Assembly: GCA_030706145.1 (NCBI GenBank)
Contig: JAUZPB010000041.1
Span: 1 to 34,673 of the forward strand
Length of the DNA: 34,673 nucleotides
Origin: Bacteroidota bacterium
GTDB taxonomy: Bacteria; Bacteroidota; Ignavibacteria; Ignavibacteriales; SURF-24
Direction of reading: 5' to 3'
Shown: positions 8,407 through 17,272 of the stretch, piece by piece
Layout of the letters: each line of letters starts with the position of its first letter
Numbering within the stretch: the stretch's first letter is position 1
Notes under the pieces: generated by a model
The model's input: only the letters and a program-made list of their open reading frames with translations
The model's database searches: none
Told to the model about the DNA's origin: nothing
Program-made: the position numbers and the translations under genes

Positions 8407-8475
8407 ATAGCTCTATAGCTAATAGCTCTATAGCTAATAGCTCTAAGCTAATTACTCTAAACTAATAGTCAATAG
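8407..8475. repeat. Tandem 15-nt repeat (2 perfect + 2 degenerate copies) made of palindromic TAGCTA/CTATAG hexamers
   Basis: 'ATAGCTCTATAGCTA' at 8407-8421 and 8422-8436. Degenerate copies at 8437-8450 and 8451-8464. Lies 50-115 nt upstream of the 8522 start. Confidence 0.7.
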
Positions 8476-8521
8476 ATTTGTAAGTTTTCAACCTGAAAAT
8501 CTGTGCAGGGAGAGAAAGAAT

Positions 8522-10108
8522 ATGGAATACAGGGATATCAACATAGGTAAGCTGAGCGAATTTGAAGAAAATGAAATGCGATCTGTTACTATAGATAAAC
8601 ATAGCTTTTTACTTATAAGGTCAGAAGGAAAAGTCTATGCAATAGATGGATTATGCACACATTATGGAGCTCCGCTTGAAGAGGGAATTCTTTGCAGAGA
8701 AAATGTTATATGCCCCTGGCACCATTCATATTTCAATATAAAGACAGGCAAAGCAATTGAGCCTCCTGCTTTTAATTCACTCAACAGGTATGATGTAATA
8801 CTTAATGGTGAAGATATAATTTTAAGACTCCCTGAAAACGTTGAAAATGGCCGCACGCCTGAGATGGCAACATATGAGGCACAAAAAGATTCAAGGACAT
8901 TTGTTATACTAGGGGCAGGGGCTTCTGCCTACATGGCAGCACAGACCTTAAGAGAAGATGGGTTTAAAGGACGGATACTAATGCTCACATACGAAAACCA
9001 TACACCTTATGACCGTCCAAATTTAAGCAAGGAATACCTCATGGGTTCGGCACCTGATGAATGGATGCCCTTAAGGACAGATGACTTTTTTAGCAGTTAT
9101 GGCATTGAGATAATAAAACAGATGAAAGTAACAGAAGCAGATGCCGAAAAAAAGCAGATAAGATTTGAAAACGGTAATACTTTATCTTTCGATAAAATGC
9201 TAATTGCTACAGGCGGAACGCCCAAAAGACTTGAAATACCGGGCTCGAAGCTTCAGAACATATTTTACCTGCGCACCTTTGATGATGCCGATAGAATAAT
9301 TGAATCAACAGTTAAAGCCAGAAGAGTTGTTATAATTGGAAGCAGTTTTATTGCAATGGAAGCAGCTTTCAGTCTTCGGAAAAGAAAACTCTCCGTTGCA
9401 GTCATCTCACCAGATAAGGTTCCATTTGAAAAGGCTTTTGGCAGCGAAATTGGCGGTTTGTTTTTTGACCTGCACAAAAAAAACGGCGTGGAATTCCGCA
9501 TGGAAACATCAGTAGAAAGTTTCGAAGGCAATAAAAGAGTAGAAGCCGTTGTGCTTTCAAATGGAGAGAAAATTGAGACCGATATTGTTGTCGTTGGAAT
9601 TGGTGTAAAACCAGCTACAGATTTTATTAAAGGTATATCATTAGAAAAAGATGGATCAATAAAAGTTGACCAGTTCTTCCGTGCAGCCGAGGATGTATTT
9701 GCTTCAGGAGATATAGTAAGCTTTCCTGACTGGCGTTCAGGTGAAGTATTAAGAATAGAACACTGGAGAACTGCTCAGCAGCAGGGGAAAAATGCAGCTC
9801 ATAATATGCTTGGAAATGTTACGCCTGATAACTTTGTACCTTTCTTCTGGACACACCAGCTTGGATTGGAGCTACGTTATGTAGGGCACGCCAAACAGTG
9901 GGACGAAATTATTATAAAAGGAGATGTAAAATCTAAAGATTTTATTGCATATTACATTAAAGATAATCAGGTCTACGCAGCCGCAGGTAATAACCGTGAT
10001 AAGGAAATAGCCGCAATTGAAGAACTGATGCGCCGTGAGAAAATGCCTTCTGCTGATGAACTTAGAAATGGCAGCCCGGAAGACCTGCTTAGACTAATAC
10101 AGCAGTAA
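8522..10108 (+). CDS. Rieske [2Fe-2S] domain fused to an FAD/NAD(P)-dependent pyridine-nucleotide-disulfide oxidoreductase (AIFM3-like architecture)
   Basis: Rieske boxes 'CTHYGAPL' and 'CPWHHSYF'. FAD Rossmann 'FVILGAGASAYMAAQ'. Second NAD fold 'VVIIGSSFIAMEAA'. RBS GGGAGAG. Confidence 0.8.
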   Translation: MEYRDINIGKLSEFEENEMRSVTIDKHSFLLIRSEGKVYAIDGLCTHYGAPLEEGILCRENVICPWHHSYFNIKTGKAIEPPAFNSLNRYDVILNGEDIILRLPENVENGRTPEMATYEAQKDSRTFVILGAGASAYMAAQTLREDGFKGRILMLTYENHTPYDRPNLSKEYLMGSAPDEWMPLRTDDFFSSYGIEIIKQMKVTEADAEKKQIRFENGNTLSFDKMLIATGGTPKRLEIPGSKLQNIFYLRTFDDADRIIESTVKARRVVIIGSSFIAMEAAFSLRKRKLSVAVISPDKVPFEKAFGSEIGGLFFDLHKKNGVEFRMETSVESFEGNKRVEAVVLSNGEKIETDIVVVGIGVKPATDFIKGISLEKDGSIKVDQFFRAAEDVFASGDIVSFPDWRSGEVLRIEHWRTAQQQGKNAAHNMLGNVTPDNFVPFFWTHQLGLELRYVGHAKQWDEIIIKGDVKSKDFIAYYIKDNQVYAAAGNNRDKEIAAIEELMRREKMPSADELRNGSPEDLLRLIQQ

Positions 10109-10142
10109 AATAATGCGGTAATAAAACAGGGACTCCAATAAA

Positions 10143-11585
10143 TTGAAAACCCAATATGATGCCGTGATCGTAGGCTCTGGTCCAAATGGACTTGCAGCTG
10201 CCATTACAATGCTCAAGGCAGGTAAAACTGTTGCCGTTATCGAAGCAAAAGAGACTATAGGTGGTGGAATGCGCTCGAAAGAGCTTACACTGCCAGGATA
10301 CGTTCATGATGTATGCTCGGCAATACATCCTCTTGGCATAGCTTCTCCTTTTTTTGCCAAGCTGCCACTTAAAGAACATGGCTTAGAATGGATCTTTCCA
10401 CCTGTTTTGCTTGCACACCCATTTGATGATGGATCGGCTTCAATAGTAAAAAGATCCATCACTTCAACTGTAAGGACAATTGATCCCAACGATAGTGAGG
10501 CATACTACAGGTTAATGCAGGATATGTCTTCCAGGTGGTATCAGATTGCAGATGACATACTTGGCCCACTTAGGTTCCCCAGACACCCATTTGCACTTTT
10601 AAGCTTTGGAATAGGTGCTATACAATCTGCCAAAAATTTTGCCGAAAGGCATTTTAAGAATTTCAGAGCCCAGGCTTTGTTTGCCGGACTTGCGGCACAT
10701 TCTATGATACCATTGGAAAGGCCTCTTACAGCAGCTTTTGGGATTATACTTGGGACTTTAGCTCATGTTACTGGCTGGCCCCTGCCCAAAGGAGGCTCAC
10801 AAGCAATTACTGAAGCATTAAGATCCTATATTTCTTCTTTAGGCGGAGAATTCTATACAAATACTCCGGTTGCATCTCTTTCTGAACTGCCAGATTCAAA
10901 GGCAGTTCTGCTTGATATAACACCTAAACAAATTCTTCAGATAGCAGGTGACAGGCTGCCTGAAGCATATAGAAAAAAGCTTGAAGCTTACCGCTATGGT
11001 ACCGGAGTCTTTAAGGTGGATTTTGCTACCAATAGCCCTATACCCTTTAAGAACGATGGGTGCAGACAGGCCGGTGTAGTCCACATAGGCGGGACTTTCG
11101 ATGAGATCTTAGAGTCTGAAAACATGGTTTGGAGTGGCAAGAATCCTAAGTTTCCACTGGTTCTCCTTGCACAGCAAAGCCTTTTTGACACTTCGAGAGC
11201 TCCGGAGGGAAAACATACCGTATGGGCTTATTGCCATACACCAAATGGATCAACAGAGGACAGGACAGAAGTTATAGAAAACCAGATAGAACGATTTGCC
11301 CCAGGCTTTAAGGAAACAATTATTGCTAAGCATTCTATGAATTCGATGGATTTTCAGAGCTATGACCCAAATTACATTGGCGGAGACATCAACGGCGGTG
11401 TTCAGGATTGGCGGCAGCTTTTTACAAGGCCTGTTATAAGTCTACGACCTTATAAAACGCCCGTAAAAGGTTTATATATTTGTTCTTCTTCTACTCCTCC
11501 AGGAGGAGGTGTACATGGAATGTGCGGCTTTCATGCAGCAAAACAGGCCTTAAAGGACGTATTTAATCTTAAAGCTAAATTGTAG
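10143..11585 (+). CDS. Phytoene-desaturase (CrtI)-family FAD-dependent oxidoreductase (COG1233-like)
   Basis: 'DAVIVGSGPNGLAAAITMLKAGKTVAVIEAKETIGGGMRS' dinucleotide-binding motif at the N-terminus, C-terminal 'GGGVHGMCGFHAA'. First in-frame start after the upstream stop is TTG at 10143. There is no in-frame ATG before the Rossmann motif. Confidence 0.7.
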   Translation: MKTQYDAVIVGSGPNGLAAAITMLKAGKTVAVIEAKETIGGGMRSKELTLPGYVHDVCSAIHPLGIASPFFAKLPLKEHGLEWIFPPVLLAHPFDDGSASIVKRSITSTVRTIDPNDSEAYYRLMQDMSSRWYQIADDILGPLRFPRHPFALLSFGIGAIQSAKNFAERHFKNFRAQALFAGLAAHSMIPLERPLTAAFGIILGTLAHVTGWPLPKGGSQAITEALRSYISSLGGEFYTNTPVASLSELPDSKAVLLDITPKQILQIAGDRLPEAYRKKLEAYRYGTGVFKVDFATNSPIPFKNDGCRQAGVVHIGGTFDEILESENMVWSGKNPKFPLVLLAQQSLFDTSRAPEGKHTVWAYCHTPNGSTEDRTEVIENQIERFAPGFKETIIAKHSMNSMDFQSYDPNYIGGDINGGVQDWRQLFTRPVISLRPYKTPVKGLYICSSSTPPGGGVHGMCGFHAAKQALKDVFNLKAKL

Positions 11586-11613
11586 TTTTCTTTTTTTGTC
11601 CTCAGGCAAAAAA

Positions 11614-11656
11614 AAGCTGCTTATCAAGGAAAGAAGTTTATTAAGAAAAGCAGCTT
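11614..11656 (+). terminator. Possible terminator hairpin with a long loop after the oxidoreductase gene
   Basis: 9-bp inverted repeat AAGCTGCTT (11614-11622) / AAGCAGCTT (11648-11656), 25-nt loop, followed by ATTTAAG (weak U-tract). Confidence 0.2.
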
Positions 11657-11824
11657 ATTTAAGTTATAAGTTTTACCATAGATAGATTGTTTGCTTGTTC
11701 ATATATTGTCCTTGAAAAGAATTATTTGCTGCCCTTTATAAAATAGTTTTATTAAAAATGGTCAGAAGTTTTCCGCACAATTCTATTCAGATTGTTTAAC
11801 TTTATATCCCTTTGTATTGGATAA

Positions 11825-13723
11825 ATGAAAATTGAAATCATAGGCCCTAAGACCGGACTGACTAGTTCACTTTTTAGCTCTGTTTTTCTTTTTGTCCTAT
11901 TTGCACTGTTGTTTATTTTTTCCTCTAGGGTTCTGGCGCAGGACGACATAGAAGATGAAACAGGAGGCAGCAGAAGCAGTAAAGACAGCTCAAAGACAAT
12001 TGTTGAGAAGGTAAAAGATTTTTCAGGAAAAGATAATTTTTTCTCCAAGCTTGTGCGTAGCTTTCTTGTAAGTGAAGATGAAGAAACAAAAGAGAGCAGA
12101 CATAGGCAAGTCGACAAGATAAACAAAAAATATAGCGGCCGGATTATCAGAAAAATTAATATAAGGGTCCTTGACGTTTTCGGAACATCTGTCGACCATC
12201 CCCTGGATACTGCGGAAAACTGGCTTCAGAGAGCAGGCAATGCTGTTCATCTGGAGACAAAGGACTGGCTTATAAAAGACAAGCTTCTGTTTTATGAAGG
12301 ATCAACTCTTCTTCCTTTTGACCTCCAGGAAAGCGAACGTATCTTAAGACAGAGTCCATATATCTATGATGCCCGCATTGTTGCACGCGGAATAAAAAAT
12401 AATAAAGACAGCGTAGATGTAATGGTATATGTTCAGGATATCTGGAGCATAACAGGCGGAGCAGCATACCATCCGGGAGATAAAGAGGGCAATTTGTCCT
12501 TTAAGGATATTAATTTCCTGGGACTTGGCAATGAAATGACCGGGGGAATTAAGTTTGACGACCATTATAACCGTGGATGGGACTGGGATGGAAGTTATAC
12601 TTTTAATAACATCGACAGGACATATCTTACGGCAAAACTCTATTACCTTACAGACAAAGACCTAAGGAAATATGGATTAAGTATAAACAGGGATTTTTTC
12701 TCGCCCGTAATTAACTGGGCAGGGGGTATTAGCCTGGATTGGTATAAAGACAGGCAACTCCTTTTAATGGATACTTTATTATTAGATGGTAATGTAAAGT
12801 TTAGCCAGCAGGACTACTGGTTAGGCTATGCTTTTGATGTTAAGCCCTTCGACCCTAATACAGTAAATCAAAACAGATTCAACGTTTCAGGAAGAATAAT
12901 TCACACGACTTATTTGGAAAGACCATCCTATGACACAATGGGTATTTACCAGAACAGTACCTTTTATCTTGGACGCCTCGGCTTTTCTCTTAAAAAATAC
13001 TATCAGGACAGTTACATCTTCGGACTCGGGAAAACTGAAGATATACCGCTTGGATCGATTGCCGAATTCATCTACGGCATAGAAAAGGGAAGTTCCTTTA
13101 AGAGGCCTTATTTTGGATTTAAGTCGGGTTACAGCCTTTATGATGAGAATTTCGGCTACCTCTATGCAGGCCTGCAGATGGGCGCTTTCAGAGTTGATCA
13201 AAACTGGCTTAATGGCACCTCTGTCTTTGAACTGCTTTACTTTTCAAAACTTCTTCCTATTGGAGGCTGGATGTGGCGTCATTATATAGGAAGCAGATAC
13301 TCGCACAGTTATGATTCACAATCACACCAGGAGATACTGGATCTTAATAACGAACACGGCCTAAGAGGTTTTAATGACAATTTATTAAAAGGGAATAAAA
13401 AACTCACACTCAACTATGAGACCGATTATTTTGTTCCCATCAAGTTTTTTGGCTTTAAGATGGCCCTTATTACATTTGCCGATCTTGCACTCCTTTCTCC
13501 TGCAGAAAACTCACTTTATCAAAGCAAACTATACAGCGGCTTTGGAATAGGGATCAGAATAAGAAATGAGCACCTTATATTTCCAACTTTTCAGCTAATG
13601 CTGGGCTACTATCCCAATACTGTCCAGCCAGGCGGAGAAAGATTCAGTTTATTTAAGCAAAATGCTATTTTCTATCAATTCAACCAGTTCCAATTTTCAA
13701 AACCTTCTCCAGTACAATTCTGA
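11825..13723 (+). CDS. Omp85-like outer-membrane beta-barrel protein (one POTRA-like segment, C-terminal aromatic residue)
   Basis: Signal/anchor 'LFSSVFLFVLFALLFIFSSRVLA'. POTRA-like 'GRIIRKINIRVLDVF....YDARIVARG...VDVMVYVQDIW'. Long alternating beta-strand-like region ending '...SPVQF'. Confidence 0.45.
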   Translation: MKIEIIGPKTGLTSSLFSSVFLFVLFALLFIFSSRVLAQDDIEDETGGSRSSKDSSKTIVEKVKDFSGKDNFFSKLVRSFLVSEDEETKESRHRQVDKINKKYSGRIIRKINIRVLDVFGTSVDHPLDTAENWLQRAGNAVHLETKDWLIKDKLLFYEGSTLLPFDLQESERILRQSPYIYDARIVARGIKNNKDSVDVMVYVQDIWSITGGAAYHPGDKEGNLSFKDINFLGLGNEMTGGIKFDDHYNRGWDWDGSYTFNNIDRTYLTAKLYYLTDKDLRKYGLSINRDFFSPVINWAGGISLDWYKDRQLLLMDTLLLDGNVKFSQQDYWLGYAFDVKPFDPNTVNQNRFNVSGRIIHTTYLERPSYDTMGIYQNSTFYLGRLGFSLKKYYQDSYIFGLGKTEDIPLGSIAEFIYGIEKGSSFKRPYFGFKSGYSLYDENFGYLYAGLQMGAFRVDQNWLNGTSVFELLYFSKLLPIGGWMWRHYIGSRYSHSYDSQSHQEILDLNNEHGLRGFNDNLLKGNKKLTLNYETDYFVPIKFFGFKMALITFADLALLSPAENSLYQSKLYSGFGIGIRIRNEHLIFPTFQLMLGYYPNTVQPGGERFSLFKQNAIFYQFNQFQFSKPSPVQF

Positions 13724-13794
13724 AAATTCTCTATCTTTCCGGGGGCAAAGATTTTGGACCTTGACATTAGAGGGGCAAAAATATAGGTTCTTTT

Positions 13795-13836
13795 AAGCTT
13801 CGGTTCTGGCACAAAACTGAAGCTTCTTTAATTTCT
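13795..13836 (+). terminator. Candidate intrinsic terminator after the Omp85-like gene
   Basis: AAGCTTCGG (13795-13803) pairs with CTGAAGCTT (13817-13825), one G-U pair, 13-nt loop, then CTTTAATTTCT. Confidence 0.3.
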
Positions 13837-13908
13837 AAATTATTAAACTTAAAATAATCTTAAGGTTTTTTACCTTGCCATTTTTATTAAAAAAGACAGG
13901 AGGGCTTT

Positions 13909-15420
13909 ATGGAAAAATACAACAAACTGTTTGTGTTATTCTTAGTTTTGATTCCCTTTGTAGTAAATCCTTCGGTAATTTACCCTCAGCAGCAAACCCA
14001 GACCACTACTACTACGGACCAGCAGTCACTTTCTAAAGATGAAGTTCCAATTACTACAACATCGTCTCAGGCCAGGGATAAATATCTGGAAGGACTTAAA
14101 TATGCAGATAATATACAATTTGAGAAAGCAAAAGCACTTTTCCAGGATGCCATTAATGCCGATCCTAACTTCGCACTAGGATATGTGGGACTGGCAACAA
14201 CTTCAGGCAGCTACAGTACTTCAAAACAATATTTCGACAAAGCAGAAAGCCTTATGGACAAAGTCTCAGAGGGCGAAAAACATCTTATCTCATTTTATAA
14301 AGCACAGTTTGAAGGAAATACTTCAAAAGTGAAAGACGAGGTACAAAAACTTTTAAGTATGTTCCCCAAGGATAAAAGAGTAGAGCTCATTGCCGGGACT
14401 TTCGAACAGTTTTCAAACAGGAATTTTGATGCTGCAATTCAGCACTATCAGAAAGTAGTCGAAATTGACCCGAATTTTGCCCCGGTTTATAATGTAATGG
14501 GATACACATATTCGGATAAGAATGACTTTAATAAAGCAGAAGAAGCCTTCAAAAAATATATTTCTCTGCTTCCTGACAGTCCTAATCCATACGACTCATA
14601 TGCAGAGCTCCTACTGAAGAACGGAAGATACGATGCATCAATTGAGCAGTACCAGAAAGCAATAGATATTGATCCTGTCTTTGTTTCGGCATTAGAAGGA
14701 ATTGGAAATAACTATCTCTTCAAGGGAGATTATGCCAAGGCAAGAGAATACTATCAGACAGCTTTTGACAAGTCGCCTTCTTTAAACTGGAAATATGCTT
14801 CACTCTACAACGAAGCTGTATCTTTTGTACGTGAAGGAAATATTACTAATGCTTTAAATGCGCTGGATAAGCGTATTTCACTTGCAGAAAATGATAATTC
14901 CATTCCTACTGTTGTCGGCACTCATAATATGGAGGGCTTCATACTTGCAGAAAATGGAAAGCCTGATGAAGCAATGAAACATTTTGATATGGCTTCGGAA
15001 AAAATTGAGAGCTCCAACCTGCCAGATAATCTAAAAGATAATCTTATGAGTGATGTAAAACTTAATAAGCTCTATGGTATGGTCACAGCCAATAAGCTTG
15101 ATGCTGCAAGCAATGAACTTCAAAGCAAAGATCAGGTACTTGGCAGTGCAAATACTCCGCAGAATGACAAAAAATATGAAGCTATTATGGGACTTCTTTC
15201 CCTAAAGCAGAATAAATTTGATGATGCACTTTCACATTTTGATAAAGCAGATAATGAAGATCCAATGACCTGGTACTACCAGGCAATGGCTTACCAGAAA
15301 AAAGGAGACACTCAGAAAGCGACACAACTTATAGATAAGATAAAACAATCAAATCAGAACAGTGTTGAGCTTGCTGTTGCAAATAACCATGCAAAGGAAA
15401 TAGTAGCTCAAACCAAATAG
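13909..15420 (+). CDS. Secreted tetratricopeptide-repeat (TPR) protein
   Basis: Signal peptide 'LFVLFLVLIPFVVNPSVIYP', Q/T-rich linker, then multiple 34-residue TPR-like units ('AIQHYQKVVEIDPNFAPVYNVMGYTY', 'AIDIDPVFVSALEGIGNNY'). RBS AGGAGGG at 13897-13903. Confidence 0.8.
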   Translation: MEKYNKLFVLFLVLIPFVVNPSVIYPQQQTQTTTTTDQQSLSKDEVPITTTSSQARDKYLEGLKYADNIQFEKAKALFQDAINADPNFALGYVGLATTSGSYSTSKQYFDKAESLMDKVSEGEKHLISFYKAQFEGNTSKVKDEVQKLLSMFPKDKRVELIAGTFEQFSNRNFDAAIQHYQKVVEIDPNFAPVYNVMGYTYSDKNDFNKAEEAFKKYISLLPDSPNPYDSYAELLLKNGRYDASIEQYQKAIDIDPVFVSALEGIGNNYLFKGDYAKAREYYQTAFDKSPSLNWKYASLYNEAVSFVREGNITNALNALDKRISLAENDNSIPTVVGTHNMEGFILAENGKPDEAMKHFDMASEKIESSNLPDNLKDNLMSDVKLNKLYGMVTANKLDAASNELQSKDQVLGSANTPQNDKKYEAIMGLLSLKQNKFDDALSHFDKADNEDPMTWYYQAMAYQKKGDTQKATQLIDKIKQSNQNSVELAVANNHAKEIVAQTK

Positions 15421-15447
15421 AGCTGCTTATTTCTTCTCATATTCTTT

Positions 15448-15480
15448 TCCCCCACTTTCCCTTAGAAGGAAGGTGGGGGA
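15448..15480. terminator. GC-rich hairpin between the convergent TPR and ygiD genes (probably a bidirectional terminator)
   Basis: 13-bp stem TCCCCCACTTTCC / GGAAGGTGGGGGA (one G-U pair), 7-nt loop CTTAGAA. The GC-rich stem stands out in AT-rich DNA. No clean U-tract on either side. Confidence 0.4.
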
Positions 15481-15495
15481 GCAAGAAATAATTTT

Positions 15496-16293
15496 TTATC
15501 CTATAATAAAAGATCTCATTGAGACAGCTTTATTCTGAAAACCTTCATAAATAAAGTTTAGCTCGTCAGACTCACCTTGCATACCAATTACATAAAGCAG
15601 CGGCAGATAATGTTCTGGAGTAGGAACGGACATAGAGGCCACGTTTCCAAGCTGCTTATAATTAAGAAGTTCACTGTGCATTTTATCCTTTAGAAAACCT
15701 TTTACCTTCATATCAAACTCAACAGCCCAGCTGAAGGGTTCAGCATCCATGTCCTTAAAGTCGATGGATCTAAGATTATGTACAATATTTCCGCTCCCTA
15801 TTACAAGAATTTTCCTGTCTCTAAGTATAGAAAGCTTTGAGGCTAGTTTGTAGTGATATTCCGGAGGCTTTGTCTGATCAATGCTCATCTGGATTACGGG
15901 TACATCTGCTTCAGGAAAAAGGACCTTAAGAATTGCCCAGGACCCATGATCGAGTCCTCTGGAATAATCACATTTAATTCTTCCCTCGGGACCAGAGAGC
16001 TGAATTACAGAGCGGGCACAATCCGGAGAACCTTTTGGATTATACTGGACACGGTAGAGCTCATCTGGAAAGCCATAAAAATCAAAACCCTGTATCAGAT
16101 TCTCACTACAAGTTACATATGTACCCTTTGTCATCCAGTGAGCCGAAATTACAAGAATGCAATCAGGCTTTGGCAACTTTTTTTTAACTTCCTCAAGACT
16201 CTTTGTAAATTCATTCTGCTGAACTATATTCATAGGGGAACCATGCCCTATAAAAAGAGCAGGCATTCTACTGCCTCTATAAGACTCATTCAT
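15496..16293 (-). CDS. ygiD: Class III extradiol ring-cleavage dioxygenase, YgiD / 4,5-DOPA dioxygenase (LigB) family
   Basis: 'RMPALFIGHGSPMN' matches the YgiD N-terminus, plus the conserved His-rich core. The ORF track start at 16317 is TTG. ATG at 16293 (MNESY...) or 16266 (MPALF...) fits homologue N-termini better. Confidence 0.75.
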   Translation of the reverse strand: MNESYRGSRMPALFIGHGSPMNIVQQNEFTKSLEEVKKKLPKPDCILVISAHWMTKGTYVTCSENLIQGFDFYGFPDELYRVQYNPKGSPDCARSVIQLSGPEGRIKCDYSRGLDHGSWAILKVLFPEADVPVIQMSIDQTKPPEYHYKLASKLSILRDRKILVIGSGNIVHNLRSIDFKDMDAEPFSWAVEFDMKVKGFLKDKMHSELLNYKQLGNVASMSVPTPEHYLPLLYVIGMQGESDELNFIYEGFQNKAVSMRSFIIG

Positions 16294-16523
16294 TCTCTTC
16301 TCATTTGTGCTTTCCAAAGTTTACTATCCCTCCATTGTTTATGAGTGGATCTACAATAATAAGATATTAAATTTTAACTTAAGTTTTCAGCCACTAATTT
16401 TCAGCTATTAATGTATTTCCAGAGATCCTTTCCAGCGTAAGAAACATAAAATAAATAGATATATTTTATTACGAGGCAATATAGTATTCAGGCTTTCCTT
16501 TTTAAGTTAAGGCATTATTTTTT

Positions 16524-17165
16524 TTAAGGAGCAAGTCTCTCTAAGATCCATCTGCCATTAAGGTGTGAATACTCTATCCTGTCATGGAGCCTGTTAGATC
16601 TACCTTGCCAGAACTCTATTATATCTGGTTTTAATAAATAGCCTCCCCAATATTTAGGTCTTCTGGTTATATTATTTCCGAACTGCATCTGGTATTTCAT
16701 TACCATGTTTTCAAGGTAGGTTCTATCTTTTATTTTCTTGCTCTGTGGTGAAGCCCAGGCTCCAAGCTTACTCCCTTCGGGCCTGCTAAAGAAATAGGCG
16801 TCGGATTCATCTGCAGGAATTTTTTCGATCCTTCCTTCAATTCTTACCTGACGCTCCAGTTCGGCCCAGAAGAAAACAAGAGCGGCAAAAGGATTGGAAT
16901 TTATCTGATTTGCTTTCTTGCTGTTATAATTGGTAAAAAAGGTAAATCCCGTTTGATTTACCTTTTTTAGCAGAACTATCCTTGCCGATGGCTTTCCATC
17001 TGAAGTAGATGTAGCCAGCGTCATTGCCGTTGGTTCGTTTACCTTTGCCTCTATTGCTTCATTTAGCCATAGCTGAAATTGCTCGATAGGATCTTTTTTT
17101 AAATCCGCTTCATTCAATTCCCTTAAATGGTAATCGTTCCTTATCCCTGAAATACTTCTGGTCAA
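16524..17165 (-). CDS. pdxH: Pyridoxamine 5'-phosphate oxidase
   Basis: Collinear with E. coli PdxH: 'HLRELNEADLKKDP...QFQLWLNEAIEAKVNEPTAMTLAT', 'RIVLLK', 'FFTNYNSKKANQI', C-terminal 'IEFWQGRSNRLHDRIEY'. TTG start at 17165 has a GAGAGGG RBS 9 nt upstream. Confidence 0.9.
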   Translation of the reverse strand: MTRSISGIRNDYHLRELNEADLKKDPIEQFQLWLNEAIEAKVNEPTAMTLATSTSDGKPSARIVLLKKVNQTGFTFFTNYNSKKANQINSNPFAALVFFWAELERQVRIEGRIEKIPADESDAYFFSRPEGSKLGAWASPQSKKIKDRTYLENMVMKYQMQFGNNITRRPKYWGGYLLKPDIIEFWQGRSNRLHDRIEYSHLNGRWILERLAP

Positions 17166-17272
17166 GAAATACTAACCCTCTCTTTCATACTTTTAGTTAC
17201 AAGGTTATTATTTACCTAACAATTTCAGAGTGTCTTCAGGTTCATATTATGCTAATAAAAACTTAAAAAGTT

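Noticed and set aside
7371-8475. Considered whether the 16-nt and 15-nt tandem repeats could be small CRISPR arrays
   Set aside because: Units are contiguous or spaced by only 5-10 nt with near-identical spacers. No 25-40 nt unique spacers and no cas genes nearby. Not CRISPR.
13761-13789. TTGACA-N17-TAGGTT promoter-like string upstream of the TPR gene
   Set aside because: The -10 is poor, and the element lies upstream of a candidate terminator hairpin (13795-13825) that would then sit inside the transcript. Not reported as a promoter.
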